A stretch of 64,000 nucleotides of DNA from a virus (taxonomy: Duplodnaviria; Caudoviricetes), in the IMG/VR virus record IMGVR_UViG_3300028591_000086, positions 64,001 through 128,000 of that record. One strand, given 5' to 3'. The notes beneath the pieces are model-generated. The model was not told the origin of the DNA. It did no database searches and saw only the letters and a program-made list of their open reading frames with translations. This document shows, piece after piece, positions 28,501 through 36,802 of this stretch. The first letter of the stretch is position 1, and each line of letters starts with the position of its first letter. Both the position numbers and the translations under genes were made by a program.

Positions 28501-31079
28501 ATAGAAAATATTCTACCAGATTCACCAGTTACAAATGCAACTGTACCAATACGAATTACTGTTTTCAAAGATTTATTGTTAGAAGCAGACCCATCATCAT
28601 ATATACCTGGACCGAATCCTGAGCCATTATGTAAAACAATTTTACCAAGACAATTTGTCCATACCCCAGTTGAGAGATTACAACTAAATATTTCACCCAA
28701 ATTGGTAAATACTATAAGTTTACCATTATTATAATTTATAAAACTTATTATATTACCATTAGTTTTAATAGCTTCATCATCATCAACGTATCTTCCATTA
28801 AAGAAAATATTTGAATCATATTGTGATATATTTTCATTTGCAGTATTGTATGGAGTCCATTTGAATGTAGATAATGAACAACTGGATACTCTACCAAAAT
28901 CACCCATTACTATAAGATTAATTCCATCAGTAGTTATACAATTTATTGACACATTTCCTATAGCATTATCGCCTTTAGTAATAGCATATTTAGTTTTATC
29001 AACCTCAGAATAATCTCTAGAAGTAATATCTGCAGTATGATATGTATTATTGTTAAAATCGTATGCCGAAACATATCCAGATTTATCTGCCATATATAAA
29101 ATTTTATATGCTGGTATGTAGACCATTGCATTGATTCTACTACCTGACTTAGTATTATAAACTAAACTACTTTCATAAAGATTATATCCTAATTTAGATA
29201 TTAATTCATTTTTATTAATCTTAAGAATAGAATAATTACTTAAAGCGATGAATAAATCATTATCTGATATATTTTCATATATAGCGGTAATCTCTATATT
29301 ATTAGTAAAACTAGCATAACAATGCTTAGAAGGATCATTAAAATTCCATTCACCAGTTTCAATATCACAATAAGCTATCTTACCAGTCTTAGTTATACAA
29401 TATAAGATTCCTTTATCATTCTCATCTTGTTTATCGATGAAATTATAGATAAAATCATCGTAACCTTGATCTGTATATTGAGATGAAGTGATATTAGCTG
29501 TCTTATTAAATACATAACCTAATCTATCTTCAGAAATAATATTTCTAAGATTAATTAATCTATCTGCATATCTTGTAGGTGCTTGAACTACGTTACCATA
29601 AAGTTCTGTAGCAGATTCATCAGTTTTTGCACAATAGAGATAAATGTTATCTCTAAGCATATACAAATAACCAAATTCGTCTATAAGATAGAGTCCCTTA
29701 TTTTCTAAAAAACTATAATCTGCAATACCTATTCTGTTTTTTCGAGTATCTAATCTTACATCAAATTTTTTATCTTGTGTTATTGAATCAAAATACCAAA
29801 TATTAGAATTAGTAACTACATATATACCTACTTTATTAGAACCGCCAATATTATCAGATTTAAACATATTTACTATCTGATTATCAGTATTGAATCTTGG
29901 ATCGTTCTCAGGGAAAGAATTAAACGTAATACTAGCAAAAAGATTTAATAGATCTATAGAACCATTACTGGTCGTTTCATATGCAACTAATCTAGTATTG
30001 TTATTATTTATATTCTCTGGGAAAATAAGCCTATCATTAAACTCAATAACGTTTGTTATTTTGTTATTAAATGTATGAACTTTAACGTTCATATTATCAG
30101 GCAATTCAGTATATTCTAAGTCTATCAATTTAAATCTTATTATACTATTATCTATATAAGCATAATAAAAATCTTTAATGTTATTGCTTTCTACAACTTT
30201 AAGTTTGTCATTAAAAAGAATATTTCCTTCTATATAGAAAGTAGAAGCCCCTGATACTTCAGAAATTATAAAATTAACATCATCATATTTGAAGATCTTA
30301 ACTTCATAAATGCCAGATTCATCATTTATATTTCCAACTATTTCAGATGGATCAATTAATGATAAATCAGCTTCAGACATTTTCTTCGTAATAACAAAAA
30401 TATAAATCTTATTCTTGTCTTTAACTGTAAATAATGAATGAAACGAAGATTCTTCCGTAATATTTGGGATTATCTTATTATCAAGATAATAAATATAGAT
30501 ATCTTTAGTAGTATAATCTACATCATACAAAACATTTTCGTTAGTAATATAAATGTATCTACTATTAGATAATTCAAGTATATCACTTTCACTAGTGATA
30601 TTTATTGCACAGAATTTATGTTCTACAGGAGAAGCATTACTGTACTGATCTGAATAATGGAATTTCCAATAACTAGATACTTGTCCTATTTCATTATTAA
30701 TAAAATTATTAACTGTATACGAGTTAGAAATTCCTTCGTTTTCAAGAGAATGAATTCTGGAATAGAATTTAGTCACATAGTCAGAATATCTATCCATCAT
30801 CTCCTGATATTTAGGATGTGATACTATCAGATTATCAGACGAACTTGCTATAAAGTCATTTGTTGCAGTAGCTTGTTCTGTTCTCGAATTGTTAAGATAA
30901 TTAATTTGAGAATCAACCCAAGCGTGCATAGATCTTACATCGTTAAAAAGGTCTGTTAAATCTGTTAAAATTTTGTTCTTTATATTGCTATAATAGGTTT
31001 GCAATATAGGTAATTTGTTCTTTGAAACTAATAGATCAAAGTACAATTTATTTATTTCGTTGGTTGTACCGCCTTCCAT
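22563..31079 (-). CDS. Very large (2838 aa) virion/baseplate protein with repeated propeller blades and C-terminal Ig-like repeats
   Basis: Repeated G-x-[IV]-x-[SY]-[CI]-[DSN]-x-x-TG-x-W blades; C-terminal ANDGYKLP...VTDNITIYA; late promoter upstream. Confidence 0.6.
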   Translation of the reverse strand: MEGGTTNEINKLYFDLLVSKNKLPILQTYYSNIKNKILTDLTDLFNDVRSMHAWVDSQINYLNNSRTEQATATNDFIASSSDNLIVSHPKYQEMMDRYSDYVTKFYSRIHSLENEGISNSYTVNNFINNEIGQVSSYWKFHYSDQYSNASPVEHKFCAINITSESDILELSNSRYIYITNENVLYDVDYTTKDIYIYYLDNKIIPNITEESSFHSLFTVKDKNKIYIFVITKKMSEADLSLIDPSEIVGNINDESGIYEVKIFKYDDVNFIISEVSGASTFYIEGNILFNDKLKVVESNNIKDFYYAYIDNSIIRFKLIDLEYTELPDNMNVKVHTFNNKITNVIEFNDRLIFPENINNNNTRLVAYETTSNGSIDLLNLFASITFNSFPENDPRFNTDNQIVNMFKSDNIGGSNKVGIYVVTNSNIWYFDSITQDKKFDVRLDTRKNRIGIADYSFLENKGLYLIDEFGYLYMLRDNIYLYCAKTDESATELYGNVVQAPTRYADRLINLRNIISEDRLGYVFNKTANITSSQYTDQGYDDFIYNFIDKQDENDKGILYCITKTGKIAYCDIETGEWNFNDPSKHCYASFTNNIEITAIYENISDNDLFIALSNYSILKINKNELISKLGYNLYESSLVYNTKSGSRINAMVYIPAYKILYMADKSGYVSAYDFNNNTYHTADITSRDYSEVDKTKYAITKGDNAIGNVSINCITTDGINLIVMGDFGRVSSCSLSTFKWTPYNTANENISQYDSNIFFNGRYVDDDEAIKTNGNIISFINYNNGKLIVFTNLGEIFSCNLSTGVWTNCLGKIVLHNGSGFGPGIYDDGSASNNKSLKTVIRIGTVAFVTGESGRIFSIDLVNGGITGYKGSNTNVLVGPGYFYTGEDIAENTEINAIVSDNRGKIFISGSNNVAFTFSIENNELLVPTTSKLYYIARRQTRFDYLSSLLIRVSKGELSEKTPMYPPSEDDEIFNAYYQSSSFIFKNGRYVWKINNALDICYVSNDGGLSFDTITNVHNEEVLPITDDSGTIEYVQCMPRGIVTKNGNLYVIMNIGRDRNTYLLYSRGNELYWYKFEKYYNQESIDSLKYAGITSNNSDIFAVMNDNNRYDVYNIRSDNSIILTNETCRFISYNESSGKKIFINIDENDPYWSKFFDYIDNKFENYNIDLKNLCFYTNENDIIFLVGIIINESYKLHIIDFNYTDTSLSTLYNIYDYEVDLDYCGIDVNVNNPDKFFFEVNNKGTNSVLLINGYRNNCFLKTKGRSILVSINHNRYGEYLEHSAKVINTFDSYGRIIAFDKEDNKVYIALYNTSSTLIEHTNSIHSYRIYDTLKNTPIRAISNAWRSIQVELGNGSNNNLPNAIAIRLKMNNTNALETDVISKQYTLRYRVLISDITNGKFILYETEKSVGMSKTDDETRTIEPFLRVLAIDGFEDEIFELYTSKLDNNHKVIVRDNGGNNSLNGNVNYSRDFMTFIQRFTGSDVAKYQIKIECLNTLPSEIDAKFYIEPYFQDATNKAIFRNNIKTSEYLTDMSHDSNTDATQNINCIFGKNIDGIIAATIKDKLSDVKYPIITNKDHFVQKEQNVEKIGIYADTYMSILRCDGLGTFDKINCIIMADNTSNYVIVPLSKNKKDLRYVFDNFGSKVLNDRSFAKLEFIRNGRTIHKMHNHSIFAKNVVNNPDYYIDYEGKGRIVAIEGTLVNEFGLFESISSVDGNQKRIGQVSEIRNGLKYNNTVSAYDNIKKRNVGYGYDIIDRYSIFESPYDMIKAWWIPAKGYINNGNERLLNLQFDEIETNIIGKKYNKDEYIENFNTSSKKTYIGGKNPVNNGIVSTANGAHTTSDSVEAYTELIDEKFPLENWKGWEWAKMCFIRKWRKVFTDKHIEYLYEVEAPSAAEKITTNSGSRVDITNTVTCAFTSVPYNNEDFAKSEVIRLKNAIKPSFDRQLYYYSDVHDREVIDERRDTYEGISTETFKRASAWYYKSHRWLVILDEKLVVRHETIFDGNPEKDLYRENKNLARMSDAEFDRLISDESIVTREWLVRSSTDSVNTDNVELLHHDSKYELDNGAIKPHQLDDINDSLSVEWNRYFNEAMYPPTATTEVRTIGNRIMEINLPLTYEVVDAEISNESMSYDNSATSKPSYTKIIRYKLGIDKFGDENNLYGTYVKSRDLLYSDGSIVNNDDLFGYLNNWNDTPQQSLDVIRLKFEGLRESIILTNNNYVAPHNNNTLYNTTVNTYDYNYGVGAIIPYYEEDNKYSTIKTEHNISFRVRQYLSDLGNRQNSSRFIDYKDFVYNYTIKSDSDNKPVLTLVGPSPDKSANGVATLEQISGDSNVALLERYCGKSTQKYLYSKKFIFKINNLIKNSGYNNVTKELIIWSVKDSKFSTTLLEQINQLHIDSSDRFDRNDWKTSVYADRFSFITLNKDQHYPKALEESGVVDRIFIKQLFRKELNTEKDIQWSRYISLYNKTVATYPIKSNNFYPQEYNYLELFNNKLIPEMVTKNIDSRYCWVHLVNGSLNNKNMFVTTDDDTGLSYNVSGEFCYQWTDGSIKRIQFTLDDNITLRDLYEKGFITEYSARTERIVRHENDDYFDKIVTITVTGENLDNRNSWSNSVKSATLFASEVLEYAETTDTIGNNTDIASTSTWLPGGTTAPESNSGIGMQEPYDGTGVERNETYTVRYDMLNMHPEGLSEVGTDIATRYINYNKKLVANDGYKLPNTINVSIGTTGTTENYIYDRRVVKDREFVYDVDTALRVLVNSLNGALGIADVEDCIFDGFSLDGEHILTSAEIDNYTIPASTYFRLYFMFTSMKEATLTIAGENVTDNITIYANAIIKE

Positions 31080-31114
31080 ATTTAACCACCTATTAAATTA
31101 TATGATATTTAAGC

Positions 31115-31126
31115 TATTATAATGTT
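31115..31126 (-). promoter_or_regulatory. AR9-like late promoter AACA-N6-TA
   Basis: AAAAACATTATAATA on the minus strand. Confidence 0.65.
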
Positions 31127-31164
31127 TTTGTTTTAGCTATTTAGATAAAAAACAAAAAAATAAG

Positions 31165-31226
31165 AAGGAGCCATTTGGCTCCTTCCTATCTAGCTATATT
31201 TCGTAGATTGCGCGCAGTCTACGAAA
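31165..31226 (-). terminator. Tandem hairpins / terminator downstream of the small membrane-protein gene
   Basis: AAGGAGCC-ATTT-GGCTCCTT and TTTCGTAGA...TCTACGAAA, with an A run on the + side. Confidence 0.7.
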
Positions 31227-31230
31227 TTAA

Positions 31231-31416
31231 CTATTCACCCTTCTTTCCGAAGAGTCTAGGGATAAAGATAGCTGCTGCTGCACCTACACCTGCAACAGCT
31301 ACGTAACTTGTTGCTTTAAGGGTTACGCGTACTGCTTTCTTAGAAAGCAGTTTCTTTACTTTTCCAGGTTCTTGTTCTTTTGTTACAACTTCAGTTGTTT
31401 CGTTTGTATCAGCCAT
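31231..31416 (-). CDS. Small single-pass membrane protein (early)
   Basis: SD AGGAGG; hydrophobic YVAVAGVGAAAAIFIP; early motif at 31483-31492. Confidence 0.7.
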   Translation of the reverse strand: MADTNETTEVVTKEQEPGKVKKLLSKKAVRVTLKATSYVAVAGVGAAAAIFIPRLFGKKGE

Positions 31417-31482
31417 TTTTGGCCTCCTTAAATAGAATATTTAAAGGTTCTAAGTTAATTCCTTTCCCCTTTATTCATAATA

Positions 31483-31492
31483 ATAATATATA
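31483..31492 (-). promoter_or_regulatory. Early-type promoter TATATATTAT
   Basis: Recurrent motif upstream of minus-strand genes. Confidence 0.55.
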
Positions 31493-31522
31493 CAAGAAAC
31501 CCCCTATTAAATAAAAAAAGAA

Positions 31523-31880
31523 GCGATTCGTATCACGAATACATTAAGCGATTAATACTAATCATGCACTTCAATACCGATTTTTTTCATCTGGAGGTTC
31601 TCGGCTAATATGGCTAACCTTGTTTGGAGGATGGATAAAACCAAACATTGTTAGATATTGTGTGTATAAGGGTTTGGACCTTAAACGAATATCTTTAATA
31701 TTCTTACACACGTATTTTCATAGCATAACTATGTTTATCTAATATATTTTTTTACACAACATAATACATATTATGCATGAATTTTTTTAGATTGTTTAAA
31801 TACACAGCTATCCTTAAGCAATACATATTTTAAAACATACCCAACTATAATTCCTGCTTGGATCTTAGTTATGAATCACG
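31523..31880 (+). ncRNA. Candidate large structured non-coding RNA (about 355 nt)
   Basis: No ORF of 60 aa or more. Nested stems: GATTCGTA/TATGAATC, TCATGCA/TGCATGA, AGGTT/AACCT, TGTTTGG/CCAAACA, TGTTAGATA/TATCTAATA, TGTGT..TAAG/CTTACACA, GAATAT/ATATTC. G-U wobbles favour the + strand. Confidence 0.5.
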
Positions 31881-31891
31881 ATATATCTCAT

Positions 31892-32383
31892 TTAATTTAA
31901 TACAAAAGATATTTTATACGAGTCTTTTTCATCATCTCGTTCATATTTAAAATCTTTATATCCTTTTCCACTGAATTCTTTATAATTAATGAAACTCGAT
32001 CGTATAAATGCTTCATATCTAATAAATATATTATTTTTGATATGGGTCATCTCATCTCCAAATATCTTAGATAGAGAATCCATTTTACTCATCAACGATA
32101 CTTTAGCTCTATTATATTTAGGCTTATTAATCGTTATAGAACTAAATTCTATTCGTTCAGATATAGTAGTTACAGAATTCTTACCGTAATACAACATTAC
32201 ATCTAATGGTATAATCGTTGCTTTTATCTCGATATATCCTAATGTAGGAAGGTATTCTTCTTGATCAACAGGTTCATCATAGTAATGAATATCGAATCCC
32301 CAAATAACTTTTCCTATACGTTTATTAAGGTCTTCATTTACTCCACAATGACTAGTATATTCTTCTTCGTTAAAATCAGGCAT
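31892..32383 (-). CDS. Hypothetical protein
   Basis: 163-aa ORF, last gene of a three-gene minus-strand operon. Confidence 0.6.
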   Translation of the reverse strand: MPDFNEEEYTSHCGVNEDLNKRIGKVIWGFDIHYYDEPVDQEEYLPTLGYIEIKATIIPLDVMLYYGKNSVTTISERIEFSSITINKPKYNRAKVSLMSKMDSLSKIFGDEMTHIKNNIFIRYEAFIRSSFINYKEFSGKGYKDFKYERDDEKDSYKISFVLN

Positions 32384-32385
32384 AA

Positions 32386-32949
32386 TTATTTCCTCGCATT
32401 AATTCTTTCAACATCGGTTTTAAGTATTTCTATTAAATCTTGTCTTGATATTTTTTTCGTATCTTTAACAAATGAATTCAATGAATCAACCAAAAATCTA
32501 GAAAATTCTTCATAAGATAAAGTTTTAACTCCACGTTTTCGTTTCTGCTCACTATCATTACCGAGAAACCTCATCCAATAAAGTTTAATTTTTCTCTTTT
32601 TCTTATCAATGGATATACTATTCACAACGTGTCTTGTTCTTGAACGCTGCGATATATTTTCATTAATTATCATTTTAGACTCTAATCCAAGCAATAAATA
32701 TTCTTGTTGATCACCATATAGCTTTCTAAATTCACTAACTGAACCGGTATAGTTATTCAATATCATTTTTCTAGCAATTTTAAATGCTTCTGGCCAAGAC
32801 TCTATACAAAGAATGCGTTCTTTTAATTTATCTAACGTATATAGATTTCCCCCAGATTCAACCAGTAAATACTTAATCTTGTTGTTCAACCCACTAGGAT
32901 TACGATGGTGTTCCAGATTTCTTTTTCCTTTATTGATATTTAATGCCAT
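32386..32949 (-). CDS. Hypothetical basic protein
   Basis: 187-aa ORF with SD AGGAG. Confidence 0.6.
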   Translation of the reverse strand: MALNINKGKRNLEHHRNPSGLNNKIKYLLVESGGNLYTLDKLKERILCIESWPEAFKIARKMILNNYTGSVSEFRKLYGDQQEYLLLGLESKMIINENISQRSRTRHVVNSISIDKKKRKIKLYWMRFLGNDSEQKRKRGVKTLSYEEFSRFLVDSLNSFVKDTKKISRQDLIEILKTDVERINARK

Positions 32950-32962
32950 TTTTATTTTCTCC

Positions 32963-33649
32963 TTATTTTTTTATTTGTCGTGAAATTTCTATTAAAGCTT
33001 TTTGGGACATGTGTCTTTTACATATCATATCGATATTCTCTTTATCTAATCGTATAATATTTATTTCTTGTCGCAATTTCCGCGGTTTATCACAAAATGT
33101 TTCATCCATTACTGGGTTCGCATAATATACGTCAATATTAGAATTTCGTCGCCCTGTATCACAGTTATCGTTTAAATCTTGTCGTAATCGCTTATGCATT
33201 TCATGCATTTCATTTTCTTTATTTGCATATTCGCCAAGAAATTCACTTAAATCATATAAAAATTCATGTATACGTATATCAAACATTGGGATATTCACAA
33301 ACACGTCAAATATTTTTCCTAATGTTGTGTGACATTCATATCTTTCATCCATTGACGTCACATATCCTATAGAAAACGACAAATTTATAACCGAAGTCAA
33401 TACATGTATGATTGCTTCGAAATATTCCCATTTAAGTCCATATATTTTATCTATATATAATTGTCTATCGTTATCATTTGTAACGTGTTTAATAAACTGT
33501 AATATATCTCGAATATATTTATATTGTGGTAAAGTCACTTCATATGACTCGCGATAAGATTTTGAAGATAATAATATCTTATCATAGCATATTTCTTTAC
33601 TACACACCAATTTATCTAACTCATATAGTTCTTTATTTATTATATCCAT
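32963..33649 (-). CDS. Hypothetical protein
   Basis: Start moved to MDIINK, which follows SD GGAG and lies downstream of the early motif TATATATTGT at 33667-33676. Confidence 0.6.
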   Translation of the reverse strand: MDIINKELYELDKLVCSKEICYDKILLSSKSYRESYEVTLPQYKYIRDILQFIKHVTNDNDRQLYIDKIYGLKWEYFEAIIHVLTSVINLSFSIGYVTSMDERYECHTTLGKIFDVFVNIPMFDIRIHEFLYDLSEFLGEYANKENEMHEMHKRLRQDLNDNCDTGRRNSNIDVYYANPVMDETFCDKPRKLRQEINIIRLDKENIDMICKRHMSQKALIEISRQIKK

Positions 33650-33689
33650 AGTTTTTCTCCATAAAAACAATATATAAATAAAAAATAAC

Positions 33690-33711
33690 TAGGAGCCTTC
33701 AAAGGCTCCTA
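33690..33711 (-). terminator. Intrinsic terminator
   Basis: TAGGAGCCTT-CA-AAGGCTCCTA inverted repeat with an A run on the + side. Confidence 0.75.
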
Positions 33712-33728
33712 TTAATGGAAATATTTAA

Positions 33729-33947
33729 TTACTTTTCCTGAGCAGCACGAATGCGTTTAAGATTTGCTTTTTCAAGATTTACGGTTTTAACCTCGATCTT
33801 AAATGGATGACGCTGTGCGTTCATACCAATACAAGTAGCAACACCTTTAGTTGCATCATAATCTTCAACACTCATAACTGTTGGATTTGGTGAATTTTCT
33901 TCCTGTTTAAGGACAACAGGCATACCGATTTCACAAGCAGCTCTCAT
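33729..33947 (-). CDS. Small SH3-like protein, YodC/DUF2158-like
   Basis: IGMPVVLK...P..MSV...ATC pattern; SD GAGG. Confidence 0.45.
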   Translation of the reverse strand: MRAACEIGMPVVLKQEENSPNPTVMSVEDYDATKGVATCIGMNAQRHPFKIEVKTVNLEKANLKRIRAAQEK

Positions 33948-33948
33948 T

Positions 33949-35514
33949 TTACACTACCTCTTCTTTATTAGTTTTTTGTTTCATCATTAACAATGACATT
34001 AATGACGTAATCTCATCTTTAATAAGACCGAAATTACTATTATAATATGAATCTCCGCCTCTGTCAAGCATAAGCGCTGATGGTGAGATTCCTGCTTTGA
34101 ATGCTTCAATAACGCATTTTTCTTTAAGCCAGAATACAGACAAACAGTCACCATCGAAGTCACCATTTAATTCTGGAAGACTTGAAAGTGGTACAGCCAA
34201 TGTTCTGTCTTTTGGATCAGGAGATATTTTATTTACTTCAAAATACTGTAAACTTCCTAACGCTAAGCTAGGCGGTCTAAGTAACAAGATTGAGTTGTAC
34301 TCTCGTTTATTGAGCAACAATTGACATGCTTCCCAACACAACGGATCGATCTCATCACTGTATTGTGCTTTAGTTACGTAATCAAGTACTTCATATACAG
34401 TTTTGAATTTAAACGAAGGATCTACTAATCCACGTTTCAACACGTTAATTACTTCCAACAGATTAAGTTCCAAAAATCCTTTATAAGACATTTCAACTTT
34501 ATCCATGGAAGCGTCTGCGTCTACATACGAACGTATTACAAATCTTGCTGAAAAATTCATACGATTACCTAATACGGCACCACGTATGAGTTTATTCTTA
34601 CCAGACAATTTAGTTTTAATAGTTGTCTGATATAATTCTTGAAGATTTTGTTGAATATCAAATATGATATTCAACGCTCTCCTCAATTCAACTTCTTTCT
34701 TAAGAGCACGTTTAAGAAGATTTACATTCGTAAGAACCTTAATATAAACCTGATTAAGTTTATCAAAAGAAACTGAACGTTTCTTAGATGAAACATATGT
34801 CGGTCTTAAATACACTGACGATACTGGAATTTTTGATGAGAATACTAAACTTTGATTTTCAATAAGATATTTTGCTTCTTCATGAAAACCTTTAATACTG
34901 TCATAATAATTTATGATTTTAACAAAATTCTGTCTGAATTCGATCATACCAGAATTAGCAAAAGGAACAGTTTGTTTTGTTTGATATCCTCGCTTAGTTA
35001 AAACCTCTATAGTATCTCCATTCTCTTTAAGATTACCATCCAGGTCTATATGAATATCATAAGACAATATTTTCTGGAGATTCTTTCCACCAATTACTTT
35101 AGCTATGAGTTCATATGCACTAGGATTAATTATATAGAACGGAGCTATGTCTATCCAACCTACACGACTAATATCCATAGAATATCTAGATATTACTCTT
35201 GTATTGCAATTAGGACAAACACATCCTTCAAAAAACCGTCCTGTCATTTCTCCACATTCACATGAAAATTCTCGTACATCTTTATCAGTATCAGTTATTT
35301 CACCAAGACCTTTATCGTATATAGAGTTTTCAACAGAAGTAATACTTTGTTTGTTGATACATACAGAATTATCTATCTCAACAAGCTTTCCTTCTTGTGT
35401 TTCTTTACTCCAACGTGCTTCCCAATTCGCTAAATCGAATGTGTGACCCACTACTCTTCTTGTTGGCGTAGAATCTTTTTTAATATTAGTAAATGGTTTA
35501 ATTTGAGTTCCCAC
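33949..35514 (-). CDS. Phage multisubunit RNA polymerase beta' subunit, N-terminal half with catalytic DxDGD (probably the non-virion RNAP)
   Basis: SCECG...CPNC zinc finger; GNRMNFSARFVI; LLRPPSL; PELNGDFDGD; 521 aa, consistent with the split beta' of phiKZ/AR9-like phages. Confidence 0.9.
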   Translation of the reverse strand: MGTQIKPFTNIKKDSTPTRRVVGHTFDLANWEARWSKETQEGKLVEIDNSVCINKQSITSVENSIYDKGLGEITDTDKDVREFSCECGEMTGRFFEGCVCPNCNTRVISRYSMDISRVGWIDIAPFYIINPSAYELIAKVIGGKNLQKILSYDIHIDLDGNLKENGDTIEVLTKRGYQTKQTVPFANSGMIEFRQNFVKIINYYDSIKGFHEEAKYLIENQSLVFSSKIPVSSVYLRPTYVSSKKRSVSFDKLNQVYIKVLTNVNLLKRALKKEVELRRALNIIFDIQQNLQELYQTTIKTKLSGKNKLIRGAVLGNRMNFSARFVIRSYVDADASMDKVEMSYKGFLELNLLEVINVLKRGLVDPSFKFKTVYEVLDYVTKAQYSDEIDPLCWEACQLLLNKREYNSILLLRPPSLALGSLQYFEVNKISPDPKDRTLAVPLSSLPELNGDFDGDCLSVFWLKEKCVIEAFKAGISPSALMLDRGGDSYYNSNFGLIKDEITSLMSLLMMKQKTNKEEVV

Positions 35515-35546
35515 TTCTAAGTCCTTATTTCTATATTTGTGTTTTT

Positions 35547-35584
35547 AAAAAATATAGACAATATTTTATTATTGTCTATATTTT
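35547..35584 (-). terminator. Hairpin / terminator
   Basis: AAAATATAGACAATA...TATTGTCTATATTTT. Confidence 0.6.
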
Positions 35585-35604
35585 ATATAAAGTCCAATTA
35601 ACGA

Positions 35605-36687
35605 TTAGACTAAATTACTTGCGGTATTCATTCCAGGCATAGCTGTGGTACCGGTCATCCCAGGCATGTTCATCATACCGTAATTCATACCCATCATACC
35701 AGGCATTCCCATGCCCATTCCCATCATAGGGTTCATACCACCCATGTTATTCATATCAAAACCAGTCATCATGCCATTCATAGCACCAGGCATTCCCATG
35801 CCCATTCCCATCATAGGGTTCATACCACCCATCATCATAGGATTCATTCCGCCCATCATACCAAAATTCATTGGCTGCTGCTGACCGTTACCGTTTTTAT
35901 TCATCTTAGCATAATAATCTGTCTGATAGAGACTCTGTGCTACATAATACAGATTGTTGAAAATCATCGGATTTCTATTTGACATATTGCAAATAGAATT
36001 GAATAACGCATTTGTAAGAATATCTTCAAATACTTTATCTTCTGTGAAATCAATTTCAACACCATCATTGATAATAAGTGTGAGATAGATAATAGGATCA
36101 GTCTGATAGATATATGTCTTAAGATAATTCTTAGCATTTTCAACTTTATTATCTTCAGCCTGAGTATTTGTTGGCTGCTGCATCTGGTTCATGCCCATCA
36201 TACCCATACCATAATTCATACCCATCATACCAGGCATTCCCATGCCCATTCCCATCATAGGGTTCATACCACCCATCATACCCATACCAGGCATACCCAT
36301 AGACATGCCCATACCCATCATAGGATTCATTCCGCCCATCATGCCAGGATTCATATTACCACCCTGCATCATGAGATTACTACGAATCTGGTTTGTCAAA
36401 TTCATAGCATTAAGAAGAATGTTCTGAGCACGAATACAGAATTTTTCGTCACCAGCATCTTCAATCATCTGAAGAATACGTGTTGACAACTGTTGTGAAG
36501 TGAAAGGATCTGCACAATACAATACAGGTCCAATCTGACGTGAGATAGTTTGAAGAATGTCTTTCTTGTCAAGCGATTTGATGACATATCCGATAAACTG
36601 AAGCATCTGATATTTCTGCATCATTGCCTGTTGTTGCTGCATGAACTGCTGCTGTTTCTGAAGTTCTTCCTGATTCTGTTTACTCAT
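35605..36687 (-). CDS. Low-complexity Gln- and Met/Gly-rich (prion-like) protein
   Basis: SD GGAGG; poly-Q N-terminus; two blocks of MGGMNPMMGMGMGMPG repeats separated by a non-repetitive domain. Confidence 0.75.
   Translation of the reverse strand: MSKQNQEELQKQQQFMQQQQAMMQKYQMLQFIGYVIKSLDKKDILQTISRQIGPVLYCADPFTSQQLSTRILQMIEDAGDEKFCIRAQNILLNAMNLTNQIRSNLMMQGGNMNPGMMGGMNPMMGMGMSMGMPGMGMMGGMNPMMGMGMGMPGMMGMNYGMGMMGMNQMQQPTNTQAEDNKVENAKNYLKTYIYQTDPIIYLTLIINDGVEIDFTEDKVFEDILTNALFNSICNMSNRNPMIFNNLYYVAQSLYQTDYYAKMNKNGNGQQQPMNFGMMGGMNPMMMGGMNPMMGMGMGMPGAMNGMMTGFDMNNMGGMNPMMGMGMGMPGMMGMNYGMMNMPGMTGTTAMPGMNTASNLV
35699..36275 (-). repeat. Three near-identical ~45-bp coding repeats (GGMNPMMGMGMGMPG)
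   Basis: CCAGGCATTCCCATGCCCATTCCCATCATAGGGTTCATACCACCC at about 35699, 35786 and 36230. Confidence 0.85.
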
Positions 36688-36756
36688 AGTAATTTTACCT
36701 CCAACTTGAGTTAAATACGTTTATTCTCATTTTTAATGTGATATATTATTTATTTT

Positions 36757-36800
36757 AAAATTAAAGTGCTAGGTTTTTAGTTAACTAGCACTTTAATTTT
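36757..36800 (-). terminator. Intrinsic terminator
   Basis: AAAATTAAAGTGCTAG...CTAGCACTTTAATTTT. Confidence 0.75.
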
Positions 36801-36802
36801 AT

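Noticed and set aside
31523-31880. tmRNA, RNase P RNA, group I intron or tRNA cluster
   Set aside because: I could not find a tRNA-like acceptor/T-arm with CCA, the RNase P GAGGAAAGUCC signature, or a group I P7 signature. It is retained only as an unclassified structured RNA.
33949-35514. Cellular rpoC of a bacterial chromosome
   Set aside because: It is only 521 aa, highly divergent, unlinked to a full rpoB or ribosomal-protein genes, and embedded among phage genes.
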